A stretch of 64,000 bases of DNA from the human T2T-CHM13v2.0 reference genome, Homo sapiens: the NCBI RefSeq assembly GCF_009914755.1, contig NC_060942.1; one strand, written 5' to 3'. Below, in pieces: positions 55,016-64,000 of the stretch (position 1 is its first letter; each line of letters starts with the position of its first letter). The position numbers and the translations under genes were made by a program. The notes under the pieces were generated by a model, which did not search any database, was not told the DNA's origin, and worked only from the letters and a program-made list of their open reading frames with translations.

Positions 55016-57015
55016 AGGGTCACTAAGGCTTTGGGAGCTTAGGCAATTACCCCAGTCACAGCCTCACGACGAAAATGGGACAGGAGCCCCATCTTCTACT
55101 ACTACCTATCTGGATGTCTTCAAGGAAGCAAGACCATCTTAGGCTATGACAATGAAAACAGAACTTCTTATAACAAAACTTAAAGTCTTTGAGTTCTGTC
55201 TTCAAATTGTAATTCTGACAAATGTGAGAGAAGGTATGTAAAATTATTGACAGTGGGTTCACATTTTGATTATTATTAATCTCTAAATAAATCAATTTAT
55301 CCATGATTCTATATGTGCTTAATACATACAGACAGCATTCCAAAGTTTCCTTTTCTTCTTTCTTCATAGAAATAGGTATTAAAATTATTGATCGATAGAT
55401 AAGAGAGAGAGAGAGAGAGATAAAATCTTTCAAGTGTACTATTGCTGAATTCTTTACCTCTAAATTCAAGTACCTTCACTTCATGCTTCTTTCCAGTACT
55501 CTCAAAAAAGCAACGCACCTTACAAGTAAATATCCCATTAAACCTATGAACAACAAAACTATTCCCTCAGATCTTTACTATACCCTTAGGAATCCAATAA
55601 GATAAATTCACCTCAAGTTATTACTATTTCACACTTCTAGATTTTTGCATTTAGAGAGTTCTGAAAATATGGCAGTAATGGTTAAATTTACAGTACTGTT
55701 TTAGGTCAAATAAGTGATCTGCAACCTTCATATCATATTATTTGGTTGGTCTGAATTTTTTACCTAGACATAAAGCTGGCAGTGGCCTGGCAGGAAAACA
55801 AATGTGAAAAGAAAGGAAGAAAATGAGTTGTATGGCTTAAAGGAAAGTATTTTTCTGCATTCTTTCTTGTACTTCACCATTCCATCAAGAGAGGAATAGT
55901 CTTTCCTCTGTGAGGAACAACCTCTCTTTCATGCACTGAAAAATGTCATTTTTCATTTCTCCCTGGAATAATTTGAAAAATTTTCAAGCTGTATGGGATG
56001 CACAGACCTCTGTCATTCCAGGTGGCTTGAAGCTAAACAAGAAAAAAAATGGAGTATTCCTCATAATCACAGAGACTATTGTTTGGGTTTGTGGCAAAAT
56101 ATAATAAAATTTATAATAATGGCAATGGTAATTGTCCTGTGTAGTCAGCACTCTCTGTTTCCTTACAGTTTTTTATGTTCAATTCCTGTTTATATGGAAA
56201 AAATTTCTAGAAAAACTTCTTTGAAACAGTATATATAAGTACAAAATATTGAAGTTCACCTTCTTTGTTTCTTTAACTTCCTCTCCCAAGTTAATTAAAT
56301 TGAAATGGGGATTCTGCTGTTTGCTCCTTTAAAAAAATAGCCAATTGAAATTTAATTGGTATCTTTTTTCTTTAGTATTCATGCCCTGAAGCTAAATTAA
56401 TGATCAGTTGTAAGCACTTCAGCTAAAGACTATTATGACTTTTGAAGGAAATTAAACCTAGAACCATATAGTGGATAAAATAACTACCAAGATAAGAATG
56501 ACAACTGTACTATAAATAACAAAGGGTTAACACATGTGTCTGTGTTTTCTTTATCATTTAAGAAAATTTTTAACAATTACAGAGAGACAAAAGTCTCAAG
56601 TGTATTCTAGGACCAGTAGCTGTTGTAAATCAAATTAATTACTTTTGCCCAAAACTGTCCTAAGCAGAGGATATTTGGCCACTGGACTGTTAATATGTCT
56701 TTACTTAATCACTGTCCTATAATGTCATTCCCCTGATAGAAGAAATGAACTGGAGCAATACCAATCTATTCACCTTTCCTAAAGTCCTCAAGAAACCTTG
56801 ATTTACAGGGTGAAAGTGTTATGCATTGTTTAGCTAAAAACTCTCTACCCCTCAGAAGCCTCTCTTTTTGTGGGAGCAGAATAAAGCCCACAGAAGACAA
56901 TGACCTTTATATCTACCTTTTACTTACAGCTTTATCTCCACTCTCAGTACCTCGTGAATTTTTTTCCTTTGACTGGATTTTAAAACATCTTTAATATACA
57001 TTATATCCATCAAGA

Positions 57016-57448
57016 TGAAACCCACCCATTGTTCCATAGAGCTAATATTTAAGGTTTTTTGAACAAACATAGAAATTGGCCCTCCCTGGTCTTAAAACTT
57101 GAAACTTACATTTGTCTCCTCTGAGTTTTTTCCCCAGGAAACCAACCCACAGGCAAGGAACTGAAACTCTTGAGATCATTGCAACCAAACAACCAGATAC
57201 CAGAGTCCTCATCTATCATGATTGCTTCCATACTTCTCCTTAATTCCTGTTTTCCTGCCTTCCTTGCTATATAAACACCACAATTTTAGTTGGTCAGGGA
57301 GACAGATTTGAGACTTTATCTCTCGTTCTCCTCTGCTGCAGCATCCAATGCAAGCCTTCTTCCTTGGAAATACTAATTGTCTCAGTGATTGGCTTTCTGT
57401 GCAGTAAGCAGCAGAACCTAGACAGAACCCCTGGTATTTTTGATAATA
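57016..57448 (+). mobile_element. ERV1 solo LTR (MER66/MER72/LTR47-like)
   Basis: TGAAAC...AAACATAGAAATTG..GGTCTTAAAACTTGAAACTTACATTTG; TATATAAA at ~57268; ends GAACCCCTGGTATTTTTGATAATA. Confidence 0.7.
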
Positions 57449-59273
57449 GGCTTTTGACATTTCCACTTCTTTGATCAAGAAGAATTCATCATCTCAATGT
57501 TACCCTAAACACCATACCAGTTTAGTCCATCTCAAAAAAGGCATACATGTTCAAAGACAAGGTTACATGGAAGGCGGTGCACTGATTGAGGGAAATCTGC
57601 CTATTATGACTTCTTGGTGCAATCACTTCAGTCTTCAGATAGTCACGGCCATCATTTCCAAGGCAACTAGAGAATGCTAGGAGAGGGTCCAGACAAAAAA
57701 ATAAAGCATGAACTTATTTACTACTGATACTTGAGTTTAAATTCCTTTTTATTTATTTTTAAGTGAACAGTCTTAATTTTCTTCTTAAGGAATGTTGAAG
57801 TTAACATAATATTTAAAAAAAAACCTTCTCTGATTAAAAACCAATTCATTGTGGGGGTGACTAAGACACATTTTTAATAAAAGAAGTACCCCATATCTGA
57901 ATACAAAATATTCCATCCCTCATGAACGCATACACACCTAAGATCTGTGGATGCTGAAATAACATTTATCAAGCTCCATCAACTAGAGTCACCACTGCTC
58001 TCTGTCCTCTGTACTTTCTTAGATGGACTGAGGAATTGTCCAAGCCCTGCTATTTCAGGAGGAAAATTCTCCCTTGCACATCTTTTCCGCAGAGCGGGTT
58101 TTGTGGGACAGCTTAATAGGTGTGGTAAGGAGTGGAGTCCTGAGCATCTCTAGAGTGTGTAGCAAGAGGAATCAACTTTTATGGTTTCACTGCTTTGCTG
58201 GAGAATGCTATAATTGATTCTTAGGGCATAGATTTGGATCCCCTAAATATTGGCCTCATTTTATGAGTTCTAATTTCCTTTTTAGTAAGAAGACTATGGC
58301 TAATAATAATAAATTGCAAGACCAACCCACGTTAAAGAATGATCTCCCCCCATGTCATTAAATGTAACATTTCAAAGTTCATGAAAATTGCTTCATAGGG
58401 ATTCTTAAGATGGAGCTTCGTCTTAGGTATTAGGTTCATTGTTTGTCTTTCTCTCTGTCCGAATGGGTTAATGTCTGGAACACGGGTGATGAAGCAAAGG
58501 AAAACTCTTTTGCTTAACAATATACAATTTAAAACCCTAGCAATTGTTTTTGGTCAGTTTCTTGCAATCTGCAAGGTAATTTTTTTCAATTTATTTGGAA
58601 TTAGTCAAGTGCACTGTTGAAAAGGCAGAGTGAATTGATGCTAAATAGTTTTTGGAAGATGTAATTGTCTGATGATTTGTAAATAGCCAAGCTTATCAAA
58701 AAAGTAATTTAAATGTTCTGCTGACAATTTTGTTCAGTTTGCTATACTCTGTAAACTGGGGAATCCAATTTTTTGCTCTCATTAGCATGAGAATTCTCTT
58801 TGCTTGACTAAATAATTTGAGGGCCTAAGGATGTCCAGAGGTTTGGAATCTGAACTTTTAATGATTCTTACCCAACATAAACATCATTCATAGGATGATA
58901 ATGCCAAAGTGCTTTTTAATAACAAAGTTCGATGCATTTTCCAATGGCTGGAATGTGTCCCATAAGTAAATACTCTATGAGTGTCTATCTCGGGAGAAAG
59001 TGGGACACTGTCAAGTCTGCTTCCATTTCCCCCCATATTCCCCTTTGCCATTCTGTTTATGCTCTTTAATGTGAGCACTCTAAACTCCAACCTCCATCTG
59101 ATAATCCATTGTTCATCAGATGAAGGAACTCTAAAAATCTCATTCCTATAAGCATATTATTGACTGGATCATGTTAATTAATCATTTCATTCATAATAGT
59201 AGTAAAATAATTTAAAAATAGTTATTTACAAGGCGATATATTTGCTAAGTACTTTAAATGCTTTATATAATAC

Positions 59274-59668
<395 letters not shown>

Positions 59669-60261
59669 TAAGCAACTAAGACTTAACAGTTAATTCTCCA
59701 TGGTTATACTTCTAATAAGTCAACAAGCTGAGACCCAAAACCTATACCTTGTCTGACCTCAGATGTTAACTACTATGCAAGATTGCCTTTAAAAACAAAT
59801 AACAAAATTGGAAAAATGATGCATTTTTAGTCTCTGGAATGGAAACATCTTGGACAAACCTTAAAAAGTATGAATAGGAAACTTTTACAGGAAAAGCCTA
59901 ATTTCATACCCACTTTTGGTTGCAGTATTAATTTAAGTCAGGCTTAGGGATAATAATCTATTTGGAAACAGAGTTTGAAGCTGCAATTATTTATCACTCT
60001 ACAGAATTTTTAAAAAATACTAGATGAAAAAAAGCTGAAAGTAGGGAGACTGATGGGAGTTTATGAACTCACTGAAGACTCCTGTTCATTCACACAAAAT
60101 GCCTTTTGTACACTACTGATTATTAGATGAGAGAATAGGCCATAATTTTGTGGCCAAACATCTTCAAATCAGGTCTATACAAATATGGGATAGACTGTTT
60201 CCTTCTCCCAAAAGCATATCTTCTGAAGCTTCTTGGAGAAGGTGCTTATTAAGGATAAGAT

Positions 60262-60597
60262 GGGCAGGGTGCAGTGGCCTGTAATCCCAGAACTTTGGGA
60301 GGTTGAGGCAGAGGGATCACATGAGGCCAGCAGTTTGAGACAAGCCTGACCAACATGGTGAAATCCTGTCTCTACTAAAAATATTTAATACAAAATTTAG
60401 CCAGGTGTGGGGGTGTGCACCTGTAATCCCAACTACTGGGGAGGCTAACGCACAACAATCACTTCAACCTGGGAGGCAGAGGTTGCAGTGAGCAAAGATC
60501 ATGCCACTGCACTCCAGCCTCGGCAACAGAGCAAGACTGTCTCAAAAATCAATCAATCAATCAATAAAATAAAATTTTTAAAAACAAAAATCAAAAA
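60262..60597 (+). mobile_element. Alu (older S/J-like) with a small 5' deletion and an expanded linker
   Basis: GGGCAGGGTGCAGTGGCCTGTAATCCC; perfect TSD AAGGATAAGAT (60251-61, 60598-608). Confidence 0.94.
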
Positions 60598-60840
60598 AAG
60601 GATAAGATAATAATTTTGTAACATGCAGGAGTATCTGGAAGGGATAACCATTACCCCAGTATTTGCATTAACATCTGAATCTAGGCCTGGTATTATTTTA
60701 ATCTCCTAGCAGAGTCATGGATCATAGGACTTGTCCCAGACATCAATAAAAAAAGGAATGGGGTGACCATAGGCCAGGGCATCTTGCAAAGAGCAGGCCT
60801 CATAAAGCATATGACAGAGGGTTTCAGAGAAGCCTGGTAG

Positions 60841-61603
60841 TGTTACCTGTGGGTCTTTGTTCTTAGAGCTCCCAATATGGGGCAGGCTGCTCCCAAGATG
60901 GCGGCAAGCCTTTTGTTCTCTGACCTGGGGTTCTTGGCCTCACAGATTCCAAGGCATGGAACCTTGGGCCATGCGGTGAGTGTTATAGCTCTATTAGAAG
61001 CCGTGGGTCATGGAAGAGAACTGTGGAACCCAGCGACTAGTGTTCAGCTCGATTAGGACGAACCCAGGCACTTAGCCACCCAGGAACAATGGCGAGCCTC
61101 TAGCCCAATTGGGAGCAGCAATGGGCAGCGCCTGGCTGGATCAGAAGCCAGCGGACACCCTACCGAACTCTGAGGGGTGGAAGTCAGCACGGGTCTGCGA
61201 TGGCAGCGATCAGCAGTGGTGGGCAGCGAGTGAAAGCTCAGCTCCAGCCGGTTCAAACACGGACTAGAAGAGTGTGCAGTTGCAAGATTTAATTGAGTGA
61301 AAACAGAGCTCCCATACGACGAGAAGGGACCCAAAGGCCGTTGCCACTGGGGGCTTGAATGCCTGGGTTTATATCCCAATCATTTTCCCTCCCCCTGTGC
61401 TCTCAGGCGATAGATGATTTGATTATTTCTTTACCTCCTGCTTTTAGCCTAATTGGTATTTTAGTGAGCTCTCTTTGCTATCTGATTAGTTGGGTGTGAG
61501 CTGAGTTACAAGCCCTGTGTTTAAAGGTGGGTGCAGTCACCTTCCCCAGCTAGGCTTTGGAATTCTTAGTCGGCCTGGGAAATCCAGCTAGTCCTGTCTC
61601 TCA
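60841..61603 (-). mobile_element. HERV-W LTR17 solo LTR, full length
   Basis: Reverse strand starts TGAGAGACAGGACTAGCTGGATTTCC and ends GGTAACA; TATA-like GGATATAAACC (~61367-77); ATTAAA (61288-93); TSD GTAG (60837-40, 61604-07). Confidence 0.93.
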
Positions 61604-62050
61604 GTAGGACAGCATAAGAAGGCACTGCAGACAGCACATAATGGGAGGAAAGAGTGCTGAAAAGTAGAGGGAAGGTAACAAAGAAAATGACATGCCTGCT
61701 TTGTCTGCTACCTTTTTCAATGGCCTGCGTTCTGAAGTTTTCATATATTTCAATTAGATCTGGCTGCATAGGCAAGACTGGAGTGCCTGTGCGGCAGAAA
61801 TAAGGAACGGCGTAAGCCGGAGGTGTAGCAGGCTCACTGCTCTGCTGTTTTGTTCTACTGCATTGAATAAAATGAATCTTTTCAAACAGGTGAATTTTCC
61901 AACAGAAATGGCCCAAACAGCCTCAGCTCATTGAATAGAAAGTGTAATGGTGATCTAAACCTATTACCTTCAATGGAGTCTGTGACATTTTCTTCCAGCA
62001 TATTGATCGGCAAGAGAGAGGAAGAGGGAGAGAGAACTTTTTCCTCCACT

Positions 62051-62105
62051 CATTGTGTTGCATCAGTCATTGTAATGCTAGTCACAATGCATTAAAAAGC
62101 ATTGA
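62051..62105 (+). promoter_or_regulatory. Candidate SOX/POU enhancer motif cluster
   Basis: CATTGTAATGCTAGT at 62068-82, plus CATTGT 62051, ACAATG 62084 and CATTGA 62100; motif evidence only. Confidence 0.3.
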
Positions 62106-63426
62106 GAATCAACAGGGCTGGCTCTTTTGTAGCAGGAGTAATAAATGATTTTACTGAGCAGAATTAAAATGCTGTTTAAAATATACTCTGTATACATTTT
62201 TTCGAATTTCTCACCAATCTTTCTTCCCCCCTTTACAAAACAAGGAATCAAAAAATGCTTACTAATTAACAGTTTTCAGCATGTATACATCTTTTCCATT
62301 AAAGGTTCTAATATTTTTCTACAGAGAAATACCACAATACTATTTATTTCAGAAATATCCTCCGTCACATCAAAGTTTATCTCAAATTATCTGCAATTTA
62401 GGTTGAGAAATTTCATCTTATTTAAATTAATGTGAAAACTACAACAACTTCTGGAGGGTAGAAATGAATACTTCCTTATTTTTGGTGTTGTTGCTGTTGG
62501 GTTTTTAACATTTGCTTTGTTGTAGTTCTTATTAAACAACGCAGTCTTTGAAGAGAAGTAAAATGAAATCAAATCCAGCCTCATTATATTGAAGTGTGGC
62601 TTATGTGGTTGTGGTTAAGGTGGCACCAGCGTTTCTGTCAGAATATGATTGAAATATCTCAATTTTATTGATTATCTTTACTGGCTTATTAATACAGTGA
62701 GAGGAAATATGAAACTTCTACAATCTTCTAATTTCCAGGTAAAATGTATTGATTATTTTTCATGAAATACTAATTTTCTATATGTGATATATACTTTTAT
62801 ATGTAAGAAATACCATCATGAATTTCAAAGCAAACATCTCAAAAATGCATGAAAGATGCATGGAAGTTCTCTAGTAGGAAAATTACTATTGAACTATCTT
62901 TATTGTTAATGTTATTTACTTATATTGAACCCATTTATTTTGGTTTTATCTTAATTTGGTCCATTTCACACCTTGTGTCTAATATTTATACATACTTTTT
63001 CTTTGTCTCAGTATAAACCTATTGCATTTCATGTTATCTGAATTTTATAATCTTGCCTATTACTTACAAGCAATCTGCTGCTACAGTTGTTGCTAGGTGT
63101 TCTTATAAACTAATTTAACATCTGTTAGTACTACATAACCATATCAACCTACAAATGGCCAATAGAACTTCTCATTGTTGTGAATTACCATGTAGATAGA
63201 TGGAGTTACACTAGTAATTGTAGGATCCCCTCCATATTTCATGGTAACTCGATGAATAAACATTGTTATCTGGGCTATTTTCTTTTCAGTATTGCATACA
63301 ATTCACATTTGAATGTAATTGCATTTAAAGCAAAAGATCATACAAACTATCTTTTTAGTAAATTAATTGATAATTGTGCTGAATTAAGGAATTTATTTAG
63401 GTGATTCTGGAAAATGAGTTTTCTAG

Positions 63427-63814
63427 TGTAGAAATAGAGATTCAACCAGTAAAGATAATACAAGATGAAAGGATGTTTGAGAGATGCCTTTGTCATTTTG
63501 GTCTACATAGACAATGGCACTCTCTTAAAGAGTGGCTAATTTAGCAGAAGTAAACTGGAACTAGGTCAGACAAGAGCCACATGGACATTTACCAGTATGA
63601 ACAAATTTCCTGCAAAAAGGATACCTAGTCCAGGTTGGACACAGGCATGGAGTTGAATACTTAGGCATTAGGCTGTCCACTGGAAAAAAACATATTCATG
63701 AAAGGCACCTTGTAAATGTCTGCAACTAAATCCCCTGAAACCTTGTCAGGGCTGGGCTAGATGTTACAGCCACTCTCCAGAGAGCTCAAGACCAAATTAG
63801 AGAGAAATAAAACA
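63427..63814 (-). mobile_element. ERVL-type LTR (LTR32-like, tentative)
   Basis: GGGCTAGATGTTACAGCCACTCTCCAGAGAGCTCAAGACCAAATTAGAGAGAAATAAAACA resembles a recalled LTR32 terminus; family uncertain. Confidence 0.4.
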
Positions 63815-64000
63815 GTGTTATATCTTCATTTTACAGATGATGTAACTGATGTTCAGAGAAGGAACTGGAATTTTATCACTAAAATGACTTCTAAATCTTC
63901 AAAATTAAATGTTTCTTTCTATAATAGGCAGAATTCTAAGATAGCTTATAGATTTTCTTCCCTTGGTATAGGTGCCGTGTATAATCCTCTCCAATTGAAT

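Overview
AT-rich, gene-poor primate (almost certainly human) genomic DNA, dense in interspersed repeats: Alu, MIR, L2, L3/CR1, MaLR and ERV solo LTRs, and Tigger/hAT MITEs. No spliced protein-coding exon is supported. The only real ORF is an intronless RPL7A (eL8) retrocopy on the - strand (36636-37436). It keeps a complete 266-aa frame and sits inside an Alu, which itself sits inside an old MLT1-type LTR (three-level nesting, target-site duplications visible). Other notable structures: an ERV9 LTR12 nested inside another ERV1 LTR with both TSDs readable; a full-length HERV-W LTR17 solo LTR; a patchwork of short locally templated inverted copies inside an MLT2 LTR beside an ~860-bp (CA/TA) tract; several smaller palindromic patchworks; a candidate non-coding exon on the - strand; and a candidate SOX-OCT composite enhancer. 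I do not see evidence of a genuinely new biological system; the findings are structural and regulatory candidates. Repeat family names and reference sequences are recalled from memory, not from a database search, so subfamily calls and boundaries of old elements are approximate.
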